Assembly (NCBI GenBank): GCA_937992195.1
Contig: CALKKV010000029.1
Coordinates: forward strand, 1,268-65,267
Direction: 5' to 3'
DNA: 64,000 bases
DNA from: an uncultured Gammaproteobacteria bacterium
GTDB taxonomy: Bacteria; Pseudomonadota; Gammaproteobacteria; Arenicellales; Poriferihabitantaceae
The notes under the pieces are model-generated. The model did no database searches. It saw only the letters and a list, made by a program, of their open reading frames with translations, and had not been told where the DNA came from. Shown here piece by piece: positions 33,339-44,166 of this stretch; within the stretch, counting starts at the first letter, position 1; the number at the start of each line of letters is the position of its first letter. Position numbers and translations under genes: made by a program.

Positions 33339-35267
33339 ATGCCGCAAATTACGCTTCCCGATGGTTCTGCGAGGAACTACGACTCTCCAACATCAATCGC
33401 TGAGATTTCAGCGGATATTGGCCCAGGATTAGCGAAGGCTGCTGTTGCTGGTCTTGTCAATGATTCTCCGGTTGACCTGTCTGATCCGATTGCCTCCGAC
33501 GCTGAGATTACGATTTTGACCGCAAAGGATGAGGCGGGTCTTGAGATTATTCGTCACTCTTGTGCACATTTGTTGGGGCATGCCATCAAACAGCTTTGGC
33601 CAGAAGGGCAGATGGCCATTGGCCCTGTTATAGAGAATGGCTTTTATTATGATGTTGATCTGGGAAGAGCGCTAACTGAAGATGATCTCGCACTACTGGA
33701 AAAACGTATGGCTGAGCTTGCCGCGACCAAGTATCCGGTTGTAAAACACACAGTGGATTGGCAGGAAGCGTGGGATACATTTGATAGCCGAGGAGAGCCT
33801 TACAAAAAAGAAATACTGGAGTGCGATATCGACCGATCGGATCATCCAGGCTTGTATCACCATGAAGAATATATCGATATGTGTCGCGGACCACACGTGC
33901 CGCATATGGGTTTTTGCCAGCACTTTAAATTGATGCGCGTCTCTGGCGCATACTGGCGTGGGGATTCTAAAAACAAAATGCTGCAGCGAATTTACGGCAC
34001 TGCCTGGCCAGACAAAAAACAGTTGCGTACCTATCTGAATCAGCTCGCGGAGGCTGAAAAACGCGATCATCGTAAAATTGCCAAGCAACTTAATTTATTC
34101 CATATGCAGGAAGAAGCGCCTGGCATGGTATTTTGGCATGACAAAGGTTGGTCTTTGTATCAAGTGTTAGAGCAGTACATGCGGAGTGAGCAACGTCTGC
34201 GCGGATACAAGGAGTTGAAGACGCCACAGGTTGTCGACTTTTCCCTATGGAAAAAGTCAGGGCATGCCGACAAGTTCGGCGATGATATGTTTTCGGTAGA
34301 GTCTGAAGGCCGAGACTATGCTTTAAAGCCGATGAATTGCCCGTGTCATGTCCAGGTGTTCAATCAAGGTTTAAAAAGCTATCGAGATCTGCCGTTGCGC
34401 TTCAGCGAATTTGGATCTTGTCATCGCAATGAGCTATCTGGCGCGTTGCATGGCTTGATGCGAGTTCGTGGTTTTGTGCAAGATGATGGACACATTTTTT
34501 GTACTGAAGATCAAATTCAGAGCGAGGTAGCGGAGTTTATTGATTTTCTGCACTCTGTCTACGACGCTTTTGGCTTTACAGAAATTATTTATCGGCTTTC
34601 AACACGGCCAGACAATCGTGTTGGCAGTGACGAAGACTGGGATGAGGCAGAGGCCGCGCTTGCCAAAGCTTTGGACGCAAAGAATCTTCCCTGGAAGGAG
34701 CTACCGGGTGAGGGCGCTTTTTACGGACCGAAGGTGGAGTTTTCTCTGCGAGACAGCATTGGAAGAGTGTGGCAATGTGGTACGGTTCAAGTCGACTTTT
34801 CCATGCCCGGACGACTCGACGCGCAGTATGTCGCTGAAGATGGTTCGAGAAAAGTGCCGGTGATGTTGCACCGCGCAATACTGGGTTCTTTTGAACGGTT
34901 TATTGGTATTTTGATTGAGCACCATGAAGGCCGGTTTCCTGTATGGCTGGCCCCGGTTCAAGCCGTTTTGATGAATATCTCTGAGAAACAGGGCGACTAT
35001 GTGGAGAATTTGCAAAAAACCTTGAAAAAACATGGGCTCAGAGTAGAAAGTGACTTGAGAAACGAGAAAATCGGCTTTAAAATCCGCGAGCACACGCTTC
35101 AACGAATTCCTTACCTTTTGGTAGCAGGTGATCGAGAAGTGGAAACCGGTACCGTCGCCGTCAGATCGAGAAAGGGTGATGACTTAGGGTCAATGTCCTT
35201 TGATGAGCTCATCGTTCTTCTCAGTCAAGGATCTGATTCATCCCAAGAAAAAGATCAGGCAAGTTAA
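33339..35267 (+). CDS. thrS: Threonine--tRNA ligase
   Basis: TGS domain, [51 protein letters not shown]. Confidence 0.98.
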   Translation: MPQITLPDGSARNYDSPTSIAEISADIGPGLAKAAVAGLVNDSPVDLSDPIASDAEITILTAKDEAGLEIIRHSCAHLLGHAIKQLWPEGQMAIGPVIENGFYYDVDLGRALTEDDLALLEKRMAELAATKYPVVKHTVDWQEAWDTFDSRGEPYKKEILECDIDRSDHPGLYHHEEYIDMCRGPHVPHMGFCQHFKLMRVSGAYWRGDSKNKMLQRIYGTAWPDKKQLRTYLNQLAEAEKRDHRKIAKQLNLFHMQEEAPGMVFWHDKGWSLYQVLEQYMRSEQRLRGYKELKTPQVVDFSLWKKSGHADKFGDDMFSVESEGRDYALKPMNCPCHVQVFNQGLKSYRDLPLRFSEFGSCHRNELSGALHGLMRVRGFVQDDGHIFCTEDQIQSEVAEFIDFLHSVYDAFGFTEIIYRLSTRPDNRVGSDEDWDEAEAALAKALDAKNLPWKELPGEGAFYGPKVEFSLRDSIGRVWQCGTVQVDFSMPGRLDAQYVAEDGSRKVPVMLHRAILGSFERFIGILIEHHEGRFPVWLAPVQAVLMNISEKQGDYVENLQKTLKKHGLRVESDLRNEKIGFKIREHTLQRIPYLLVAGDREVETGTVAVRSRKGDDLGSMSFDELIVLLSQGSDSSQEKDQAS

Positions 35268-35331
35268 TTGGCCTATTTTGGTATAGGGAATATGACATTA
35301 CTGAATTTTAAATTTATAGAGGATCAAGGCT

Positions 35332-35850
35332 ATAGCTAAAGAAAAGCAACAGCGTATGAACGATCAGATCAAAAGTGATCCGATACGCCTAATCGATAGT
35401 GAAGGAAATCAGATGGGAGTTGTCTCCCTCTCAGCTGCACGTGAGAATGCAGAAGAAGCTGGTTTAGACCTGGTAGAGATTTCACCGAATGCCGATCCGC
35501 CTGTTTGTAGGGTGATGGACTACGGCAAGTTTCTATACAACGCGAGCAAGCAAAAGCACGAGGCGAAGAAGAAACAAAAGCAAATTACTGTTAAAGAAGT
35601 GAAGTTTAGACCCGGCACTGATGTAGGTGACTACGATGTTAAGCTGAGAAACTTGACCCGGTTTCTAGAAGCGGGAAACAAGACCAAAGTCACGATGCGT
35701 TTTCGTGGACGTGAAATGGCCCACAAAGAACTTGGTCTTGAGATGCTCAAAAAGGTAGAACAAGATTTGGCAGAGATTGCTTCTGTTGAACAGGCGGCTA
35801 CCATGGAAGGGCGTCAGATGGTAATGGTAATGGGGCCAAAACGAAACTAA
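35332..35850 (+). CDS. infC: Translation initiation factor IF-3 (non-canonical ATA start)
   Basis: [34 protein letters not shown]; in-frame ATA at 35332, 8 nt after AGAGGA SD. Confidence 0.95.
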   Translation: MAKEKQQRMNDQIKSDPIRLIDSEGNQMGVVSLSAARENAEEAGLDLVEISPNADPPVCRVMDYGKFLYNASKQKHEAKKKQKQITVKEVKFRPGTDVGDYDVKLRNLTRFLEAGNKTKVTMRFRGREMAHKELGLEMLKKVEQDLAEIASVEQAATMEGRQMVMVMGPKRN

Positions 35851-36039
35851 GCGTTATTGCTCGGTTTCATTGAAAAGATTTGAATCGCAGACTTAAACCC
35901 TGCGAGACAAAACCAGCAGAAGATTTTAAAGCTGGAAAACCAGGCAAAAAGCAGTCTCTTCAGAACTGCCTTTGTCGTTATTAACTTGCGGATCGATTTG
36001 CCTAAGGCAAAGTACTGACCGCCAAATACTGGAGCTAAA

Positions 36040-36237
36040 ATGCCTAAAATGAAGACCAATCGAGGCGCTGCCAAGCGCTTCAAACGAACTGCCTCGGGCA
36101 AGTTCAAGCGATCCCAATCGCACTTGCGTCATATCCTGACCAAGAAATCGACAAAGCGTAAGCGTCAGCTTCGTTCTGCTGCCATGGTTCATGCGTCTGA
36201 TCACGCGATGATCAACCGCATGTTGCCCTATAGTTAA
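36040..36237 (+). CDS. rpmI: 50S ribosomal protein L35
   Basis: [15 protein letters not shown]...HILTKK. Confidence 0.97.
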   Translation: MPKMKTNRGAAKRFKRTASGKFKRSQSHLRHILTKKSTKRKRQLRSAAMVHASDHAMINRMLPYS

Positions 36238-36248
36238 GGAGAAGATAG

Positions 36249-36608
36249 ATGCCACGCGTAAAAAGAGGTGTCCAGGCCCGGGCACGACACAAAAAAGTTC
36301 TTAAGGAAGCAAAAGGCTATAGCGGTGCTCGTAGTCGGTTGTTTAAAACAGCAAAGCAGGCGGTTGATAAAGCCGGTCAATATGCCTATCGCGACCGTCG
36401 CCAGCGTAAACGCCAGTTTCGTGCGCTATGGATTGTGCGTATAAATGCTGCGTCCAGAGATAATGGCATGAGCTATAGCCGGTTTATGGCTGGTCTTGCA
36501 AAAGCAGAAATTGAGCTTGATCGGAAGGTGCTCGCTGATATGGCGATACACGACAAATCAGGTTTTAGTAATTTGGTCGAAAAAGCGAAAGCAGCGCTGG
36601 CTGCTTAG
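36249..36608 (+). CDS. rplT: 50S ribosomal protein L20
   Basis: [39 protein letters not shown]. Confidence 0.98.
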   Translation: MPRVKRGVQARARHKKVLKEAKGYSGARSRLFKTAKQAVDKAGQYAYRDRRQRKRQFRALWIVRINAASRDNGMSYSRFMAGLAKAEIELDRKVLADMAIHDKSGFSNLVEKAKAALAA

Positions 36609-36893
36609 TTGATAGTAGAAAGTCGACTACCGTCGATGACTGACTCTAGTGGCTCCCCATAAGTCACTAGAGTAGAATCCTCATTGAGCTAAACCCTCTC
36701 GTATTACCTGGGTCCATGCTAAATGGATTGCAACACTATCGCTAAATTACACGAAAATTAGCTTATAACTTGCTGATTTTTATATTTATTTTCAATCGTA
36801 AGTGCGCTATTATCTAAGAGTGTCAATTTCGTTCCGGATGAACATATTGATTCAATTACTGATACTGAGTCTTATTCTTTAAAAACCGAGTAA

Positions 36894-37925
<1,032 letters not shown>

Positions 37926-37950
37926 TTTAAAGTAATAATATCAATTATAT

Positions 37951-40344
37951 ATGTTACTAAGTGAATCTTGGTTAAGAAGTTGGATAGACACCGATCTGCA
38001 AATAGATGAGATCGCTGAGAAACTTACCTTGGCTGGTTTGGAAGTGGAGGGAGTTACTCCGGTAGCAGGTTTTGATAGTAAGAAATCGAATAGTCGCAAG
38101 ATTGTTGTTGGTCGTATTGAATCTGCAGAAAAACACCCTGACGCAGATAAGTTGCGGGTCTGCAGGGTAAATGTGGGCCGAAAAAACCTACTTGATATTG
38201 TTTGTGGTGCGTCAAATGCTGAACCTGGCACGGTAATTCCTGTCGCAATGGTGGGCGCCAAATTGCCCAAACTGGAGATTAAAGAGACAACCATTCGTGG
38301 CACGCAATCAAATGGCATGCTGTGTTCTTCCGCTGAATTGGGGTTGTCTGAAAGCGCAGATGGATTGATGGAGCTGGACGCGGATGCGCCTCTAGGAACA
38401 CCGTTGGTAGAATATCTTGGACTAGAAGATAATGTTATAGAAATTGACCTCACTCCGAATCGCGGCGATTGTCTCTGTATACAGGGTGTTGCACGTGAAA
38501 TTTCGGCGCTGACTGGATGCACTATGTCTCTGACCGATGTAAAAAAAGTGCCGGCCAAAAATAAAGTATCACTGCCATTAGATTTAAAAGCGCCAGAAGG
38601 CTGTGCGCGTTTTGTTGGCAGAGCGATTACTAACATAGATATACACGCTCGCACACCCGACTGGATGCAACAAAGGCTGTTGCGTAGTGGACTTAGAAGT
38701 ATAAACCCTGTGGTTGATATTACTAACTATGTCATGTTGGAAACTGGACAACCAATGCACGGTTATGATCTTGACAAGATTCAGCAAGGTATTGTCGTAA
38801 GGCGAGCGAAAGATAAGGAAAAATTAAAGTTACTAGATGGTTCAGTAGTGAAACTGAATCGTCACAATCTGGTAATTGCAGATCACAAGCAGGCAATTGG
38901 CTTGGCTGGAATTATGGGTGGAGATTCCACTGCGATTTCAGATGATACGGTAAATGTTTTTTTTGAAGCGGCATTTTTTGCACCGGCAGATATTATTGGT
39001 AAAGCGCGACAGTTCGGCATGCATACCGATGCATCGCACCGTTTTGAGCGCGGTGTTGATTCGACCGGGCAGATGGCCGCGATCGAGCGCGCCACCGCTT
39101 TACTCTTAGACATAGCAGGCGGTGAGCCCGGCAAAATATGTCACGCGGTTGATCGAAAATCCTTGCCAAAGCAAAAAGCTATCATCTTTAATAATGCAGA
39201 GTTGCCGAGAGTTTTAGGAATAAATATTCCTGCAAGCAGTACAAAATCAATTTTAAAAAAGCTTGGTATGGATGTGTCAGGGGTTGCTGCTGCGCTAAAA
39301 GTGACGCCACCGGCCTGGCGATTCGATATTACCGGTCAACATGACCTGGTGGAGGAAGTAGGGCGCTGTTACGGGTATGAAAAAATACAGCCCAGACTGC
39401 CTTCAAGTTCGGCCAGAACCGGAGGATACCCGGAAATAGACTTGCCTTATCAGTCGCTGAAGCAGGCATTGACGTCAAGAGGGTATTACGAAGTCATCAA
39501 CTATAGTTTTATTGATCCTGGCCATCAGGAACTGGTGGTTGGCCTTTCAGGTGGAACACGACTTGCGAATCCTTTAGCGGATAATATGGCCGTAATGCGC
39601 CAAAGCTTGCTACCGGGTCTGTTGAATAGTCTGGTTAGGAACCAAAACCGCCAAGAAGCCCGAATCAGGATGTTTGAATCAGGTGTAGTGTTTCTTGGTG
39701 CTGGCAAAAAAAGAAGAGAAGTTTCTCGGATTGGCGCTGTTTTATCCGGGACAGCCTATCCCAAACAATGGTCCGTAGATCCTGAAAATGTCGATTTTTA
39801 CGATATGAAAGGGGATCTGGAGGCGTTGCTGAGTTTAGGTGCTGCAGGTCGCTCTATCAAATTCCGGGCCGCTGAACAACCCGGATTACACCCTGGTCAG
39901 TCTGCCCAAATTCTTGTGGATTGTGCGGTTATCGGCAGTATTGGAAAGTTGCATCCAGCGGTTCAGCAGAAACTGGGTATTGATGCTGAAGTTTTTGTGT
40001 TTGAAATCGACATGATAAACCTGCTGAAGTCGCCTTTACCTGTCTTTCAGTCCTTGTCTCGATTCCCTTCTGTTGAACGTGACTTGGCGGTGGTGGTTGA
40101 TAGGGACGTTAGCGCTGATCTGGTGCTGGAAACGGTACGAGAGCAGGCTGGGAGCGATCTGAAGCGATTGGAGTTGTTTGATATGTATCAGGGAGAAAGG
40201 ATTGAAAATAATAAGAAAAGTTTTGCTTTCAGCTTGACGTTCCAGTCGGAATCAAGCAGTCTTAGGGCTGGCGATATAGATGATATTACCGCTAGAATAA
40301 TAACGGCTTTAGAACAAAAGGTTGGCGCACAACTGCGTGCCTGA
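37951..40344 (+). CDS. pheT: Phenylalanine--tRNA ligase beta subunit
   Basis: HPDADKLRVC, TPNRGDCL, VDITNYVMLE.GQPMH, ASHRFERGVD, DLVEEVGR, FDX-ACB C-terminus. Confidence 0.97.
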   Translation: MLLSESWLRSWIDTDLQIDEIAEKLTLAGLEVEGVTPVAGFDSKKSNSRKIVVGRIESAEKHPDADKLRVCRVNVGRKNLLDIVCGASNAEPGTVIPVAMVGAKLPKLEIKETTIRGTQSNGMLCSSAELGLSESADGLMELDADAPLGTPLVEYLGLEDNVIEIDLTPNRGDCLCIQGVAREISALTGCTMSLTDVKKVPAKNKVSLPLDLKAPEGCARFVGRAITNIDIHARTPDWMQQRLLRSGLRSINPVVDITNYVMLETGQPMHGYDLDKIQQGIVVRRAKDKEKLKLLDGSVVKLNRHNLVIADHKQAIGLAGIMGGDSTAISDDTVNVFFEAAFFAPADIIGKARQFGMHTDASHRFERGVDSTGQMAAIERATALLLDIAGGEPGKICHAVDRKSLPKQKAIIFNNAELPRVLGINIPASSTKSILKKLGMDVSGVAAALKVTPPAWRFDITGQHDLVEEVGRCYGYEKIQPRLPSSSARTGGYPEIDLPYQSLKQALTSRGYYEVINYSFIDPGHQELVVGLSGGTRLANPLADNMAVMRQSLLPGLLNSLVRNQNRQEARIRMFESGVVFLGAGKKRREVSRIGAVLSGTAYPKQWSVDPENVDFYDMKGDLEALLSLGAAGRSIKFRAAEQPGLHPGQSAQILVDCAVIGSIGKLHPAVQQKLGIDAEVFVFEIDMINLLKSPLPVFQSLSRFPSVERDLAVVVDRDVSADLVLETVREQAGSDLKRLELFDMYQGERIENNKKSFAFSLTFQSESSSLRAGDIDDITARIITALEQKVGAQLRA

Positions 40345-40480
40345 TGTATCAGTAATGATCCAAACTGACCTTTTTATTAGATATGGCTCTTATGTCCATT
40401 CTGCTCAATGCAGAGGGCAAAAATCTGGCATATCTAAGTGGCGTGAATACGCTAGCCGACCATAAAGATTAAGAGGAATT

Positions 40481-40804
40481 GTGATGACAATAACCAAAGC
40501 CGATCTTGGTAATACTTTGTTTGACGAAGTCGGTCTTAATAAGAGGGAAGCGAAAGATTTTGTAGAATTATTTTTCGAGAAGATCCGACAGTCTCTGGAG
40601 CAGGGAACCGCTGTAAAATTGTCAGGCTTTGGGAGTTTTACCCTGCGAGACAAAACTTCGAGGCCTGGAAGAAATCCTAAGACAGGAGAAGAGGTTGCAA
40701 TATCAGCAAGACGTGTCGTGACATTTCGCTCAAGTCAGAAACTAAAACACAGTGTGGTTGATAATTCGTTTGAATTGACCCAGAAACTTGGAAGAAAGCG
40801 ATAA
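40481..40804 (+). CDS. ihfA: Integration host factor alpha subunit
   Basis: [36 protein letters not shown]; follows pheT. Confidence 0.96.
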   Translation: MMTITKADLGNTLFDEVGLNKREAKDFVELFFEKIRQSLEQGTAVKLSGFGSFTLRDKTSRPGRNPKTGEEVAISARRVVTFRSSQKLKHSVVDNSFELTQKLGRKR

Positions 40805-41181
40805 TGACCATGTTAGATCCTGCGGGTTTCGAACTACCTCCTATACCCAGTAAACGTTACTTTACGATTGGGGAGGTCAGCAAACTGTGTGTAGTGAAGC
40901 CCCATGTACTGCGGTATTGGGAGCAGGAATTCCCGCAGTTAAAGCCAGTTAAGCGGCGCGGTAATCGTCGTTATTACCAGCGACATGAGGTGAAATTAAT
41001 TCGCCAGATACGCAAACTGCTATACGTGGAAGGGTTTACCATCAGTGGCGCCAGAACGCGCCTTGAGCAGGTGGTAGCCGAAGGAGCGCCAGCTAGTCCT
41101 TCAGTGATTGACAAGGAAGGATCAAAGCTGATTTCCCAGCTTATTTCCGAGTTGAATGAAGTTACGGAGATTCTGAGTTAA
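40804..41181 (+). CDS. MerR-family HTH regulator (conserved ihfA neighbour)
   Basis: KRYFTIGEVSKLC.VKPHVLRYWEQEFPQL.PVKRRGNRRYY. Confidence 0.92.
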   Translation: MTMLDPAGFELPPIPSKRYFTIGEVSKLCVVKPHVLRYWEQEFPQLKPVKRRGNRRYYQRHEVKLIRQIRKLLYVEGFTISGARTRLEQVVAEGAPASPSVIDKEGSKLISQLISELNEVTEILS

Positions 41182-41275
41182 AGTTTGGACCGCCGAATCA
41201 GTTTTGATCCATCTATTCAGAACCACTTAAACTCTTTCTAGATCGGGTTATTATATGTAGTGTTGTTTCTGAATT

Positions 41276-41352
41276 CGGGGTGTGGCGCAGCCTGGTAGCG
41301 CACCGCAATGGGGTTGCGGTGGTCGGAGGTTCAAATCCTCTCACCCCGACCA
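41276..41352 (+). tRNA. tRNA-Pro(GGG)
   Basis: CGGGGTG acceptor, anticodon arm CCGCA-ATGGGGT-TGCGG, GTTCAAAT T-loop, CCA end. Confidence 0.97.
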
Positions 41353-41799
41353 GTAAATATTTTTTCTGATAATAAATAACGCCTGACAATAGCTCTAAAA
41401 TGATGGCGAACTTTGAGAATTTATTTTAAAAATAAAATAATCCTATAAATTGGATTAAAGATAGATTTTCTGCAAAGGAATTGCCAATCTAGCAAGATTA
41501 CCTAGCCGATTATAGATTGCACTTTCAATCTCAACTCTACGCTTTAGAACAGCGATGAGCACATACGGGTTAACGAGTGCAGAGTTTTAAGAGATTGATC
41601 GATATGTTTTTCGTGCAATCGAGTGAATAATAAAATCGGATCGGAGGTTTGTTTGCGGTGTTTTGTCCAAAATAAGTCTTACAGTGTTTGTAAACTGCCA
41701 GACGGTTTATTCTTGGGTGGAGTAGCAGCTGCTCAGATTCAATTTATGGATCTCTAGGCCGCTTCAGGATCGCCGGAAATAAGCGAGTAACTGTTTGAT

Positions 41800-44166
41800 A
41801 TGAAATTAGCAAAAAAGGTGTTCGTCACTTTATTCTGTTTGCTTTTTGTCAGCATTCCTTGGTCATCACTACATGCTAAATCACCAGAAGATATGGAGCT
41901 TGCTGCCGTTGTAAGCGTTATCAATTCTTATCTGCTTGATAGTCCTCTGATTCGAGAGGTGTCGTTAGAACCATCCCAGTTTTTGCAAGGTCCGTATATA
42001 TTCGGAGAAGATTTTACAATCAACTTTAATAGACCTGACACCGACATCTATTTATGTTTTTTCCTGCAAGGTCTTCGAGGCATGCAAGATCAGGAAGTAG
42101 CGGTTGAGTTAAATGGTGTTTCGAGGTCCGTTAGAAATGGTGAAAACTGCTATCTTTTAACAAGCGGATCACTACTTGATCAAAATACTTTCTCGTTTAC
42201 TATTCTCAGCGCTGGGTTAAGTCTGCGACTTCGTCAGCTTGGCATTGAAGCGTCGCGTCAGTATAGCCTTGGTATGCGGTCTTTTACCCGAGCTAATTGG
42301 AATGCGTTAAGCGTGAGAAAAGTACTGCGTGTTTTTGCTTTTGGGGGGCATGCGAAAGAGTCGCAAATCTCCGCGTGGGCTAGCATGCGACCTAAAGTAG
42401 CGATACGCCAAATGCTGAATTTTTCCAAGCATAATCTACGTCTTTCACCGCTGGCAATCGGTGAAAAATATACAGAGCCGGCAAGAGCATATGGAACCTT
42501 ACAGGAGTTTTCCAATTTGTATCTTGGCTCTACTAACTCTAACTTACCAATACCAGTTGGTCAGCGTGATAGGTTTAGGGTGGATGCTGCAAACAATGAT
42601 AATAGTCTTGGTGATTCGTTATTTAGAATGATAACAACGAGGGGGCTCAACCCCTTTAGACACCGGATTGGCCTTTGGGAGACGAACTATCATCTCGCGG
42701 TAAACCTGGCTAAGGCAGCAGTTACTAGAAACCAAGTGGCAATAATGTATGATGAGATTATGGACGCCCATGAAAGGAATTTACCTTATCAAGAAGTGTT
42801 AGCGACAGCTGCCAAATCAGCGGCAGTAGCCGCTCAATACGGCCATTTTCGAAATAGCTGGGTAGCGGATGAATGCCAGTGTAATGAGGACTTTGCAAGA
42901 GAATGGCATCAGTTGTACTTTGGGATATTTGGCGAAGATGATCCTGATTACCACGAAAACATCAGTATCCCCAATACTGCAAAAGCACTAACTGGGATGC
43001 CACTTACAGACAATGGGAATACGATCGGTTTTACTGCTGAAAAACATCATATAGGAAGTTTGACGATACTTGGTAGCACAATAAGCGGTGCGAACGCGAG
43101 TGAGAAAATAGACAATCTTGCTAGAGTTTCGATCAGTCATCCTGAAAGCCAACATAATTTGCCCGTAATGATTATCGCTGGCCTAGCAGATGATAATCTA
43201 ACAGAAACAAAAAAGAGTATATTGAGGGCGGCATGGAGAGCTATGGGTGATCAGCCTTCTTTCTTGGATTTCATTCAAGCCTATGCGATTTCCTATATTT
43301 TTCACGAAGATAGTCTTGAGCAATTTAAGTATTTTTCGAGTTTCGAACGAGCGATCTATATGGCTAATCGTTATAACCTAGAGAATATAGAGTCACTTAC
43401 TGCTGGCCGTTCCAATAGCCTGAGCGGTAATCTGAACCGAGGTTATGCTGGTTTTAACCCTTCGGGAATATTTCGTAACGACAACGCAATTTTGTTTTAT
43501 CCGTCGCACAATGTGTTTGGGGGTCAGACATCGTTAGAAGCTGTGAACTCGAGTAAAGTGCTTGAACACAACTTGAACCGATCAACAGAGTTTCTTGAAC
43601 TGTTTGCAAATTATGCTGAGTGCCAAGAGTGTGATCTTGGCGGCCCATGGAAAAAAGATTGGTCCAGTGTCATACCTAAAAATGGAGAAGAATATAGCGT
43701 TGGAAATGTGGCTAAATGGTTGTGGACCTATATTGTTGGTCATACTGTCGATTATGGCGCTTTAGAACGTGCGTACTTGCTGAGCATATTGGGAGCTGTT
43801 TCTGACGAAGTTGGAACCTATCGTGTGTTTGATTTTGCGCAATTGCTTTGTATACGACAGGAGCGAATTTTAGCTGGCGTGACAAATAATGCGCTGTCTG
43901 ATTTGGTGTCCAGAAGTGCCTGGGAAAATTATTGTGCATTTGATAATGGTTATTCTTCGTCTGAACTGGACTCATTGAACAGAGTGTTTTCTGAGCAAGA
44001 TTTCACCTCCGATGTGAATCGCCTGTTAAATCAAATTGCGGTTGTTGAACTAGCGCTTGACAGTGAAGATCCGGTGCTGAGATTGCGAGCCAATCAACGG
44101 GTTCAGCAAGCGATAGCCTTTATTTTTTCAACCCCATATGTATTTGCGCAAGAGGCTGTGCAATGA
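41800..44166 (+). CDS. Secreted divergent DUF1800-family protein
   Basis: Sec signal; FWE-like LWETNYH, NEDFAREWHQL (cf. NENYARE), TAKALTG; ATGA overlap with downstream DUF1501. Confidence 0.65.
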   Translation: MKLAKKVFVTLFCLLFVSIPWSSLHAKSPEDMELAAVVSVINSYLLDSPLIREVSLEPSQFLQGPYIFGEDFTINFNRPDTDIYLCFFLQGLRGMQDQEVAVELNGVSRSVRNGENCYLLTSGSLLDQNTFSFTILSAGLSLRLRQLGIEASRQYSLGMRSFTRANWNALSVRKVLRVFAFGGHAKESQISAWASMRPKVAIRQMLNFSKHNLRLSPLAIGEKYTEPARAYGTLQEFSNLYLGSTNSNLPIPVGQRDRFRVDAANNDNSLGDSLFRMITTRGLNPFRHRIGLWETNYHLAVNLAKAAVTRNQVAIMYDEIMDAHERNLPYQEVLATAAKSAAVAAQYGHFRNSWVADECQCNEDFAREWHQLYFGIFGEDDPDYHENISIPNTAKALTGMPLTDNGNTIGFTAEKHHIGSLTILGSTISGANASEKIDNLARVSISHPESQHNLPVMIIAGLADDNLTETKKSILRAAWRAMGDQPSFLDFIQAYAISYIFHEDSLEQFKYFSSFERAIYMANRYNLENIESLTAGRSNSLSGNLNRGYAGFNPSGIFRNDNAILFYPSHNVFGGQTSLEAVNSSKVLEHNLNRSTEFLELFANYAECQECDLGGPWKKDWSSVIPKNGEEYSVGNVAKWLWTYIVGHTVDYGALERAYLLSILGAVSDEVGTYRVFDFAQLLCIRQERILAGVTNNALSDLVSRSAWENYCAFDNGYSSSELDSLNRVFSEQDFTSDVNRLLNQIAVVELALDSEDPVLRLRANQRVQQAIAFIFSTPYVFAQEAVQ

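Noticed and set aside
35851-36039. Possible L20-binding rpmI operator (hairpin GCAGT...ACTGC near 35951-35969)
   Set aside because: The position is plausible, but I could not identify the pseudoknot pairing by eye; it would be expected biology anyway.
36770-36817. Possible pheM-like leader peptide (TTG start, MLIFIFIFNRKCAII)
   Set aside because: Only three non-adjacent Phe codons in AT-rich DNA, no SD, and no terminator/antiterminator between it and pheS.
43615-43640. CQEC in DUF1800a as a heme c site
   Set aside because: The motif is followed by Asp, not His (CxxCD); more likely a disulfide or metal pair.
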